A stretch of DNA of 64,000 bases from Paraphysomonas bandaiensis (lineage: Eukaryota > Protista > Chrysophyceae), in the NCBI GenBank assembly GCA_965644295.1, contig CBFFRP010000352.1, positions 363,310 through 427,309 of the forward strand. The letters run 5' to 3'. The first letter of the stretch is position 1. The number at the start of each line of letters is the position of its first letter. The position numbers and the translations under genes were made by a program. The notes under the pieces were generated by a model, which saw only the letters and a list, made by a program, of their open reading frames with translations, did not search any database and was not told where the DNA came from. This document shows, one piece after another, positions 38,401-50,123 of the stretch.

Positions 38401-39441
38401 TTGAGAAATGTCGGATGACCCACATGAAATTTCAACCATACAGCAGGACCGCAAGAAATAAGCCATATTTTGATTAGCTACCCCAAGAGTACCAACAGTA
38501 GTCGCCATTTCCAACACTTGCTCGGTATTCAGCAAAGGTTGGAGGCATGTCGAATTATCAGCAGATACAGCTGATGCGTAAAGAGGATAGGGAAGCATCA
38601 AATGAAGTAAAGGGGCACAGCATCCACCTGATTCACTCAAGAGCTGATGATAGGCTTCGTAGTCGAAGGGACAGTAGTGTTCAGCTTGAAGAGATAATTC
38701 CAACGCTGTGAGAACTGAAGTAGGATGTAGTAATGTCCAGAGCTCTTTAATTACTGCCACAATGGAACTGGTCTCAGCTGATGTACATTCGACATCATTA
38801 CCTCCATCACTAGCTCCACTACTATTAGCACTTAACGTGAGTAAAGCAGGTAGCAGCCTCCCAATAATATGAATCTGAAAGCGCCTAATCCCGTCAGTAT
38901 TTTCGCTTTGCAACAAAGCATGACATACTGTGTAGATACGTTTCATATCTCGAATGCACAGTCGAGGTGATAATGACGTGTTATAGGCCATACAGACCTC
39001 ATCAATAATTCTCCAACACTTCTTTCCATACGATGTATTCTCTACGGATACCGTTGATGCGTCATTGAACAGATATATGATGATGCTTCGGAATATATCT
39101 CGTTGAATGTCATCATCACTGGAGTTCCATAATTGGCATATGCTCTCAACGACACGCCTCTCGTCCACTTCAGAGACAAAGCATGAGAACTTCAACACTC
39201 CTCTAATGTGAAGCATCCAGTAGAAGGATACACTGAAGTGCTGCACTGCTACAGTATCACACAGCACTGCAGAGAGTTCCTTCTCTGATGTGTCGCGTGT
39301 TAAGGCACGTATGTCCTCTATAGCAGACACGGCATCTGAATTATTGACAGACAGACACTTGATGATATCCGCCACATCCACATGGATACGGGATGGCGAT
39401 AGACGCGGGCGCTTGCGTTTACGAGGAGCGGCAGTAGGCAT
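35428..39441 (-). CDS. Large helical protein, FANCA-like, multi-exon
   Basis: N-terminal NLS PRKRKRPR. YLQLAKGRL...TIRRTGYIPVVV resembles FANCA [9 protein letters not shown]...FEHTGNIPVTV (recalled). Three long same-strand ORFs plus a small exon. Confidence 0.55.
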
Positions 39442-39527
39442 GGAGGAGGAGGAGGAGGCTTGTTCTGATGATATGGGGCCGGGCTCTTATACATACCGCA
39501 CTGTGTGGTAGTGTCCTCTCTGCTATA

Positions 39528-39572
39528 TACAGCAGTATGCTGCTCTGGCTGTATGTGGTATGTACAGCAGTA
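39528..39572. promoter_or_regulatory. Two TACAGCAGTA motifs in a divergent promoter
   Basis: Exact copies at 39528-39537 and 39563-39572. Confidence 0.4.
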
Positions 39573-39831
39573 TAATACTCATAAAAGCAGGATTCAATTG
39601 CGGTCCAAGAAAGTGGATGTCATTAGCTTAAAAATAGGGATTTTTAGGATCGAACACATTTTTTCGTGTTGTTAAAGTGCCAATTTTGAATATAAAACAC
39701 TCTGCATATCCACAGCCCTCAGTGCAGTGCAGTATATATTATTGAGTGCTGCATTCAATGCAATGGGCATGTTATCGTGGATACGAGACAGTTAATCTTC
39801 TGTTTATCTGCTGTAAATCATCCCTCGCAGT

Positions 39832-41006
39832 GTGTTTAGGTGTTATGTGATGCATAATACCTCATATAACGACAGCACAGGCCCGTTGCCTACTTGTGAA
39901 GCAAGGTCATGCTGCGGAAAATGTGCGAGTGTGAGGGACAGTCGGGTTCTGATAATTGGCGATAGCTTGATGTTCGGTCAAAGCCCTTTTCTCCCTATGA
40001 ACCGATCTTATATTGAACATATACATGCCTACTTCACTAGTAATTATTCCATACAGTCCACTTTGCAGAAGTACAGTGGCGAATGCTTTGACTTCGTATA
40101 CATTGACTTTGCACCTCTGCATATGTTACATTTCTTGCCTACGCGTCCTCTGGTGATACACCACAATCAAAGTAAAGGACGTGCAGATCTCATAGGAGGG
40201 CTTTACCTTGAAGAAATTATGAGATACCATATATCGTTGTACCAACGCATCGCCCGAAATATTATTGTTATGACGCCAAACAGGTTATGTCCGGGTCGCT
40301 TTCAGAACGTTGAGGCTTATAAAACTGTACGTTACGCACAAGTACGTTGTGTAAAGCATGTTTCGACACTGTCGAAATCGGGTGATATCAAGCGCGCAGT
40401 GGACACTCACTTGGGAGCGAGTATATATGGTGATACAGCGGTCGAGACAAATGCCCAAAGATATTGTGAAGACACCACTTTTTCTCTCTATGGCTCATGG
40501 ATAATGACTCTGAGGATGAAACGTGTTGTTGAGCAGATGCAACAAGAATCCAGTGTAAATGCTGGAATTGGTCTCGTTGACGCGTTTTCTTTGACTGAGA
40601 GTAAGACTATTTGTACACTGTAGTGCCTTGAAATTGTATAATTCTGTGCATTATCTAAACGAAGAATACAGATATATTAATACCGTTTGATTGTCTGTGC
40701 GTAGGGGCGGGGTGCAATCACAGCACCGATGGGGTACATTATGACGTGGAAGTTCTTGAAGCAACAGCCTCCCTAGCCGAATCAGAAATGAGAAAACTCT
40801 TTTGTCGCAATGATAATCAACATGACTCTGCTATGAGTAGACTTCGTTTTAGAAGTTCTATAGGGGTCCGAAACCATATGGACGATGTGCTGAGGGTGAA
40901 AATCCCGTTTGCGTTGTTATTATGTAGTTTTATAGTATGTTTTTGTATCAGATGTCGATTTCAGCATTGTATGCGCAATTTCAACGCATGTAGATCATCA
41001 AATTAG
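39832..41006 (+). CDS. Hypothetical SGNH-hydrolase-like membrane-anchored protein (boundaries uncertain)
   Basis: RVLIIGDSL near the N-terminus, LVDAFSLT, then DGVHY in the next exon and a C-terminal hydrophobic helix. Confidence 0.55.
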
Positions 41007-41175
41007 CATCAAAATTTATCTCTTGTCGGCGGTTCTCTGCTTGATACTTCATAGAAGTTGAGATAAACGCTTGTATCTTTTATATTAAAACACAGGGGGA
41101 GGGGAGGGGCAAGTCTTTTTATATTTGTACAGTTAAAGGATGTATATAATTGTATGATTTTTACAACTTTGTCAA

Positions 41176-41515
41176 TATTGAATGTCTTATTTTTAGCAGT
41201 AGACGTGTAAGTATGGGGCTACTAAATAATTAGTCTAATAAATACCAATTGTAAATATCTGCTATTAAGCACTATGAGAACTATCTGTGCGTCGCCGCAG
41301 TACCAAGGTACAGCCACTTTCGCTCTATCACAATGAACAAGCAGACTGTTGGTATACCTGTATACCTGGCATCTGCTGACTTCAGGATTTTTGTGTCCTT
41401 AAGGTGAACAGCCCGAACGCTCGAATTCAGTAGTCAGCTCAAAACTCCGGACACACTGCAGGTAGATAACTCCCAGATGCCTGTTTATTTGTCAAGGCCC
41501 ATAACAACTACACAA
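41176..41515 (-). mobile_element. Old, 5'-truncated copy of the retroposon
   Basis: Diverged match to the family body, the TGCG-GCGA-CGCA hairpin and the 3' end AAATAAGACATTCAATA. No ribozyme head. Confidence 0.75.
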
Positions 41516-42155
41516 CAAGTTAAAGTTATTTGTGTTGCTTTACTGAGGGCACAAATTTGCCAAACATCAACAGTAGGGAGTTAATAGCGCCTGTTCAACA
41601 CTTTTGAGTATTGCAATGTTGAGTTCAAACCGTTACTTGAATAATACAGCAGTCAGAGACAGTATTATATGAAATTTAACGACGGGCTATGAGATAGATT
41701 AGACAAGCTGAAAACGTTGCCTGTAAAAGATCGTGGCTATCTAAGATCTTATAATCCTGACTGGTGCTGAGATGATATAAATCTAGTGAATGATAAGTGA
41801 TGCTACTTACAAGTTCCACGTTCAGTCAATTAAGTTGAAACATCCTAATGTCAAACACTGGAAATAGCTGAATAGCCTAAGCAATAAAAGTTTATAAATT
41901 TCTCCATCACCGCACGGAAACCATGCAATTATTATCTTTTCGAAGTTAAAATGAATCGATGACAAACTTCTGCACAGGACAAATTCATCTTTACAACGAA
42001 CATTTGCAAATATCTTTAATGCTATAAGATATATATGCCCTAAATTCTGCTATCACTGCTAATGACAATTGACTATCAACTCTAAGTTCGTCTTGTAACG
42101 TATTCCGAAGCTGCAATTAGATACATTATGTAAAAGGCACTGCACTATATTATGT

Positions 42156-43076
42156 TTAAACCATATGCTTAGGGTTTTTCCTTTCAGAGTACTTCATTTT
42201 GTCCTTGGTACGCCTCTGAGCTCTACAAACCAGCACAACGTTATCCCCCCTAACTAGTAGTTGTGGCAAGTGCCTGCCAAGACAAATGGTCAATCCTTTG
42301 CACTGTCCATCGCACATATACTTTACCTTGACAAAAGCTCGCCATCCTCCTCCTCTGACTACATGTAGAATAAGCGTAACGTGAATCAAAGCTCATCACT
42401 ACCTACCTGTGATAGAGCATACTCTTCATCCACATCTGTCAAAAGCATATTGAAGTGTTTGTCGAAAGCTCTTACATGTCCCACTATACTACCCCGAATG
42501 CTATGCAGTGTATTATTTAAAGGATGATCACAGAGCCAACAAGGACTACCTGTTCTTTCTGCGAATCATAACTCTTATTTTATATTTAGCCTTCATCGCG
42601 TCATGTATCAAAGCCAACGGACTATCTGCTATTGAAACTTCCCCTGCATCGTTTACGATCTTCTCCTTGCTCGACACAATGGCGATTCGATCCAGAACAC
42701 TTAAATTCCGTGTCAAAGAAGGTGGGTTATCAGCTGACTTAGATGACGAAGAACTCGTTGCTTTAGATTTGCTCGGTATACTCTTGTGGGGGTCACGCCC
42801 AGGCTCCTCGAGAATGCACTTGGCCTTGGATAAGTTGTCCAAGAGCTTGTGGTGAATGTTCACAGCAGCTATTCGCTTCATTTTGAGACATTCCTCGGGA
42901 TTAAACGACGGGCTACGTATGTCATATGCTGACTCGTATCTTGTGTCGTTCTTCGGTAAGAGGTCTAATACACAGGGAGGTATATCATACAAACTCCTCA
43001 GGCGTGCAAGCTCACACAATGTAACTTCTGTTGGAAACACAAAGTCACTGTACTTCCGACCTACATCTACAGCCAT
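42156..43076 (-). CDS. LSM11: LSM11-like Sm-fold protein (U7 snRNP type), multi-exon
   Basis: Long N-terminal extension (SPSFNP, LDNLSK). PLALIHDAM..IRVMIRR..IRG..GHVRAFDKHFNMLLTDVDEEY (Sm1) and RHLPQLLVRGDNVVLV (Sm2). Confidence 0.75.
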
Positions 43077-43692
43077 TTGCTCTGGTTTTGACCCGTACTT
43101 CTTATATATCTGTGTGTAATGAAATTAAGGACTATAGTACGCCTATTATGCAAGCACACCTTAGTCAAATCCGATGCATTCAACTTCGACCGCTTCGTGG
43201 CGTCATAAAAAACCAGAAGTCGTGCGAATGGGTTCGTAGTTGATTCCATATGCAACAAGTTTTACAACTCAGACGGGACACTCAGTCGCAGGAGATATAA
43301 GTTATAACAGTTGCACTGCAGAATGCTTATGTTACAATGCATGCAGTACATCCGCAGCAGGTTGTAAAGCTGACTTTCAAGACACAATGAAAAACCACCA
43401 TAATAGCATTAAAATCCCGGATATCTTGAGTACATCTCAACGTATACAGTAAATATACAGCAGATTTATACTGCATCTGTACTGCTGAATACCAATAGGG
43501 ATTCCCACCAAATACGTGATTTTCGGAATGATTGGATTGAATATTATGATGAATTTTGATACCAGCTGCAAAAATGTGCGATATTTTAGTAAAAATAGGA
43601 AATATATCCAAAATTTATGATTTCGGACATTTTTTATGTATAAAATCCACAAGTGGTGGGTTTCTTGAGGATTTCCTGTGAAAACAAGCACA

Positions 43693-43713
43693 TACAGCAG
43701 TACATACTGCTGT
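43693..43713. promoter_or_regulatory. Inverted pair of the TACAGCAGTA motif (ACAGCAGTA-CA-TACTGCTGT)
   Basis: Palindromic arrangement ~120 bp upstream of the DIS3-like ATG. Confidence 0.45.
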
Positions 43714-43831
43714 GTGGTATCATGTCACGCACATGCTCAGTACTCAGTGCTCTGTATTGCAATATTCAGTCAATTCTTATAGCAGATACCACACTCTACT
43801 CGTACCCGCTGGCAACTACAAGTGAATAGGT

Positions 43832-46800
43832 ATGACTGAAAGGATGCCCGCGTGTTACAAGAAGGAGTATATGCCGAAAGGTCTTATGCTGCGTAAGAAG
43901 TGCGGTCAAATTAAGGTATGAGTTGGATGGTATGATTATACGGGAGTCATATAGTGATAGATTCAAGAACATTATGTACATGATGAACCGATGTTCACTA
44001 TCGGATACACATCGTTATCTGTTGATCGCCTTCAGCATGGGCCGGTGTACGTACCATCACTGGAGTGCTTGAAGACCTTCCTTCCTCTTATATATGAGTT
44101 AGCCAAATACAGCCGAGGCACCACTATTATCTTTCTACAATCCATTCTAAGGTGACGATCCAATACAATTTCTGCTTATATGTTAATTTGCTTATAGAAC
44201 AGTGCTGCGGAACTTTTCTCTACAACAGCGCCGGAAACTGAATGACATTATCTTAAAATCTCTCAACTTAAAATCGGTTTTATTTTACGATGAAATGTAT
44301 TCACACACTTTTCTCACAAGGCGACTAGCGATCGGTGAACGGCTAGATGTGTACAATACACGTCTTGTAGCTGGAGCTACCGGATTTTTGAAGGACAGAA
44401 CACCTGTAACTCCTGTTGTGGTGCTGGTAGATGGCTCCGACCCAGTTCAGCAATACTGTAAATCTATGTCTTGTCAAATGATTACAATAGATCATTTTGT
44501 GCATGAATCTCTTGTATCCTGTGGGGTTGTGAGCGGAAGTGATGAGTATAATAAGGTTGTGGGGATGATTGCTGCGATAAGAGTAGATCTAGACCTCCAG
44601 AGAGAACCCCCTCCTGGACTTGGTCTCCCGACGACAGGTACTCAAGTTATATTCACTGTATTAGCATTGTGAACTCGTATTCTATAGCAGCACGAAAAAA
44701 GACCAATATATACCCTGCCCACTTTTCGCGGGATGCTATTCGCAAAGGCTTGGAGGACGGATCCTTGAAAATAGGTGAACTGAGTTTATTTAGCCATTCT
44801 GCGAATGAAGGCGAGATCCTGTCTGGGACTGACATGGGAGTATTGGTCAGTGGAGCAAAGGACATAAATCGTGCTATGCATGGAGATATAGTTGTTTATG
44901 CGGTGAGTTCGTTTCATATATGACTCTTTACATGATTTATCTGTTGTTGTACAGATGTTGCCTCAGTCCGAGTGGAAGCAAATTGACATTGACAACAATG
45001 TTTTGCGTTTTAATGACGAGGTGGGGGTTGAGGAGGAGGAAGATGAAACTGGCACCCGTATGGAGAGATCCGTAGTACCTTCCAGCAAGGGCGTGCCAAC
45101 CGGTCGCGTTGTTGCTATCTCCCGTCGTGCCAGAACCGACGTTATCGCCACAGTGCCCTATTGCTGTGATAGTGTCACTCCCGACATGTCTGAGCGCACT
45201 GCTGTTCCTGTTGTTGCTCGGGAGGATGTAGTGCTCTGTGTACCACTTGATCGACGCCTGCCTCTGGTGCGCTTGCGAACTCGACAATGGGGCCAAATTC
45301 AGGGCCATCGGGTTGTACTTGGACTTGGAACTTGGCCAGCGGACTCTAAATACCCCAACGGTCACTTTCTAGGTTCCCTTGGTGCCTCCGGTGACTGGAG
45401 CACAGAAATAGAAGCGTTGCTGATGAAGAATTCTATTTTTCCCCGCCCTTTTTCAGCAGCCGCCTTAGCTTGTCTACCCACTGTCCCTCATCCCCATGAT
45501 GATAATGAGGGCCCGTCGAACACAAAGTCGAAACAGTGGCGAGACTCTGAATGGGAGCTCCCTTCAATGGAGGGGCGCCGTGACCTGCGACATCTTCGAG
45601 TCTTTAGCGTCGACCCTTCGGGATGTCAGGACATTGATGACGCCATGTCAGTATCTTGGGTGCAGGATGGTGTGCTGGAAGTAGGTATACACATCGCAGA
45701 TGTTTGTGCGTTTGTGAAAAAGGGAAGCCCTCTAGATATGGAGGCTCAGGCCCGTTCGACCACTATATATCTTGTCCATACCCGCATTGACATGTTGCCA
45801 TCACTTATTTCGTCGGATATTGCATCATTACACGGCAATAAGGACCGATATGCCGTAACGTCACTCTTTCATATCAAAGTAACCCACAGGGACGGTACCC
45901 CTGTGCTCAGCACTGAAGATGTATTGAGATTGGATGAAAACAGTGATATTATATTTGATGTACCTGATGTTCCTACCTGGGCAGGTCGCAGCGCGGTGCA
46001 CTCTGTGGCTGCGATGACTTATGAGCAGGGACATAATCTCCTTGTGGGCAAACATCCCGATGCTGGACGAACCGAGACAGTTCCTGAGGGACAGGCTGGT
46101 AGACCTATACCTAAGCGCTTGTGGGGTGATCTAAAGCGCGACTTGAATGTATTGACGGCTCTTAGTAGGCATCTATATCGCGCCAGAGAGAGAAATGGTG
46201 CCTTAGATTTGTCACAGACAGAAGGTGGACAGTTAAGCTTTGAACTTCGTAAAGATGGCTTTCCCGTTGCTAATCATGGTCATGGTCATCTTGAGATTCA
46301 TGACACAATCGCGGAGCTAATGATAATGACAAACGGTGCAGTTTGCAAACTAATACATGAATTCATACCATCCAGTACATTTGCTCGTGTACACCCCCCT
46401 CCTTGTCTTAGCCGCGTCCAGGAGATGCGGGAAATAACGGAGAGTATGGGGCTCTTTGGTTTCTTGGACGGTACGACTACTAGTGAGATCGCAGCGCAGG
46501 TCAGGCGATTCACACATACTATAAAGTCGAATGGCAACTATAATCCGAGTGTCTTGAATTACCTGACTGGGACGATCATACGGTCAATGAGCGAAGCAAA
46601 GTACGTCTGCGGCGCTACTGAAGAAGGGAGGTTTCATTACGGACTGGGCCTTAAGTTTTACACTCATTTCACCTCACCAATTCGGCGCTATGCGGATGTA
46701 ATTGTGCATCGCCAGCTTTTGACAGTTTTAGCATATAACCGGTCTGGCGCTAATTGTACTCAAGTCGCTTCGACCAAGTCAGCCCCAGCAGTAGATACTT

Positions 46801-48584
46801 CTGTGGTTATTCCTGAATCACAGTGTATATCGTTGGTGAAAGAGGCTGAACTGTCTGCGGAACAAGACACACTCCATCAAATCAACTACACAACTGCTCC
46901 GGATGGGCGAAAGATTTATGAAAAAGTTGGTGTTGTGGTATCCTCTAATGAAGAAATTTGCATGTCATCGGCACTATCAATGCCTGCACACGAAGTGGAC
47001 TCCACTGTAATGATAGACTCAAATACTTTAGAAGGTGATGATGATTTCCTTGATGATCTTCTTGGAGATGTAGGAGAAGACCTAATGGAAACTGTTACTG
47101 GCGTTAAGGTAAATACTGCAACTTCAGTAGACGTACAAGATTGTATGCACGAAGAAGTTAGCGCACGTTGTCCTGATGGAAGTATCGATGAAAATATTGA
47201 CGATGAGTTGGATTTACTGTTGGGTGATGTAAGCAACGACCTTGTGCCTCAAGGTTCATCTGGGCAGTTTGTCGGTAATCCGGATGACGGAAAGGATCCG
47301 TTAGACTCTTGTAGTGCTGTGGTTGGTGTATCTGAGTCCAATAAACTGTTGGATGCTGGTAATGGCGTAGTCCCACCGTACTCTCCTGCCGAATTATCTC
47401 GCATTTCTGACCACCTCAACAGGATGAATAGATGTGCTAAAGTCGCACAGAGTGAGTGTCAAGAGCTCTTCTTGCGGCACTATTTCACTCTGCGGGAAGA
47501 AAGACATGTTGGGATTGTACTCTCAATTAAAGAGAATGGATTTATTGCATTCGTTCCCAGCATAGATTTTAAAGGGTCTGTCTTTTTGAAGTCAAATGAC
47601 AATACAGTAGTTGCCTGCTCTCCGCAGGTATTATCCTTGGAAAACACGTGTGGTGGAGAACCGAACACTGATGTGAGTTGCGTTGGTAAAGAAGGCATTC
47701 GGACATTTCCTAATCACCAGTGTTGTATCATCGATGCTGGAGCCAGTACATGTGGTGTTAAAGAACTGGTAGTCTGCCCATCTGGAGAAGACCCTTCATC
47801 TGCAAATGGTAAAGGGACACTGCGCTTGAAGTATATGCAGAGAGTGGTGGTTCTAGTTTACGCGAGTATCCCTTACAACAGGAATGTGCCTGGATACCCA
47901 CGCATATGTCTGCAATTGCTTGATACGTATGTTGAGCATGGGAAAGATGTGGATCTGACCACGTCACAACCGTCTGAAAGTCAGCCAGTAAAGAAAAATA
48001 TCGATGATAAACTATGCGTGGAAGCGAGTCAAGCAAACGAAAGATCGTTATATCGTGCTCTGCAAAGTTGTTTGTCGTCCGATGTACCATCAAGTAAGCC
48101 TGAATCTTCTGAAGATATACGTATTATGAAAGCAAGAGAAGCGAAACGCGTGCAAAAAGTACTTAGGTCTGTTAGTAAACGTCGGCATGATATCCAGGGT
48201 ACAGGAAGAATTGCATTCGGCTTGGAAAGCGAACTCTCGACGTTGTTTCGCTATCGCATTCACCGCACTGATAAATGTGATGATGCAGAAAGTAGAACCC
48301 TGGCACGAGCTCTGGAGTCTAACCGTAGAGCTGAAAGAGATAAACAGATTGCCGCAGAAACAACATTGCGAGGCAAACAAGCAGCCATGGAGTACATGAA
48401 GATTCATGGGGAGGAATGGGCGGAAGAAGAAGATCTTCCTTGTGGTTACGATGTTGGACATAGCGACGACAACACCGACAAGCTCACTGGGCTTACGTCA
48501 TCTTTCAACCTTAGCAAAGAGACTGCAATGGCATCTTCACGTATAAATAAAGTAAAAACCGCCAAAAGAAATAGCAAATATTAG
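43832..48584 (+). CDS. DIS3/RRP44-family RNase II exoribonuclease with a degenerate PIN domain (DIS3L-like)
   Basis: N-terminal KIQEHY, INRAMHGDIV, catalytic VDPSGCQDIDDA and HYGLG..YTHFTSPIRRYADVIVHRQL. Confidence 0.9.
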
Positions 48585-49150
48585 GATGAACTCGCTGTAT
48601 TGATAACTAGATGTACACAAACCGAATTTATTTTCGTCGTGTGTCGTTGTTTTTATACTCTTTTATATAGAATATGATGAAGTTGGCATTGTCTTGCTGT
48701 GATAAAGTTGTCAAGTATGCAGTTGAGATGCTCTTTCATTGTAATTGACTTACACTAATACAGCAATGCCTCTTGAATTGTATACGACACTTTGAGGTGC
48801 CAACTCTGTTTTCCGAGCATCGTACTTCACAATTCTAATGGCGATATAAAAATTGCATACAGAAGGTGGCACCAAGTATGCTATTTTCTCTCTAGGTGAC
48901 TTTCTCATCATATTATTTCAAACCTGTTGCTCTTAGTTAATAGTTTTATGCACAAAATTATTTGATCGTTTTTATTTGTTGCTTATCAAAGAACGGAATT
49001 AGGTCAATAAACGATAAAAAAGGGTAAACTTATGATAAGTCAATCTATATTTACAATGTTGCATCCAGCTGGTAGGTTTCTCTATCGCGTGTTGGAATAC
49101 GTATGGCTCTCTAAGATAGTACTGTAGAATACGTTAAATACAATGTGAAA

Positions 49151-49261
49151 TATTGAAAGTCTTTTTATTTAGCAATAGGCGTTAGAAACCTGTACCAATA
49201 TAGTGGCTAGTTGAATGCTAGACATACTAGTTAGACCTCTACCCAAAACTAATCCGTACAA
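49151..49261 (-). mobile_element. 5'-truncated retroposon (3' 111 bp) with an 11-bp TSD
   Basis: TSD ACAATGTGAAA at 49140-49150 and 49262-49272. Matches 32858-32965. The empty site is visible near 18260. Confidence 0.85.
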
Positions 49262-49297
49262 ACAATGTGAAAAACAGTAATACGTAGACAAAGATAC

Positions 49298-49380
49298 ATA
49301 GTATGTCTAGCATTCAACTAGCCACTATATTGGCACGAGTTTTTAACGCCTATTGCTAAATAACAAGACTTTCAATATAT
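49298..49380 (+). mobile_element. 5'-truncated retroposon (3' 83 bp) with a 10-bp TSD
   Basis: TSD ACAAAGATAC at 49288-49297 and 49381-49390. Ends AATAACAAGACTTTCAATA. Confidence 0.85.
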
Positions 49381-50123
49381 ACAAAGATACTATTCAGCTA
49401 TAATAACTGTGAAACTGAAGTATCGTATCATGACGATTCAAAATACGGAAGTTGAGCAGTGGTTGATATGAACGAATAAATTATCATGTTGTTGACATGT
49501 TTTACATGATAACACACACAATTGTGTATGCAATGATTATAATAAAAGTCTATCCAGTTTTATTACTTATCGATCTCAATATCGTGTAGATATTTGTTTC
49601 GCATGGTGAATTCGGTAATGAGATTTAGATGACTGAAATATATATTGCATTTGTACCCAAAATTTTTGAAGGAATGTTTTAAGATTGGTTTATATAAGAA
49701 TTGGTACGTGCTTAGTTGAGAGAGAGATAAAATGAAAAAACTACGCAATCTATGCACCTTTTCTTTACTGTCTTTGTGTACTTTCTTTCTTACTCATATT
49801 GCTGTAGTTTTATATTTTGGTATATATATAGTTATATTGTTGGTGAGTAATGTCCATAAACTACTTGTGCGTATACGTAGATAAGTTGGTTATTCGAGCC
49901 ATGATTACATATTTAAGTTTAATTTAGTGCATCAGCTTCTGCTTACGTTTGATTACAATATCAAACCTACTTATGTTTAGTGTATCAACTGTTGCTGATA
50001 ATCTTACACTGGGGACTATTGTATCGGCAAACCTGTTTACTTGAAAGTTCTTGTTTACGATTCTTCATTTACAGTGTTTAGATTCAAGATATCAGTACCC
50101 ATCAACACCACCAAATTGAGTAT

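Larger units (their letters stand above)
49087..49580. repeat. Second copy of the unclassified AT-rich repeat, carrying two retroposon 3' fragments
   Basis: Reverse-complement match to the segments within 16710-18325. Confidence 0.75.

Noticed and set aside
49151-49380. Single MITE with 80-bp TIRs
   Set aside because: Each arm has its own TSD and the spacer is host-repeat sequence, so these are two separate insertions.
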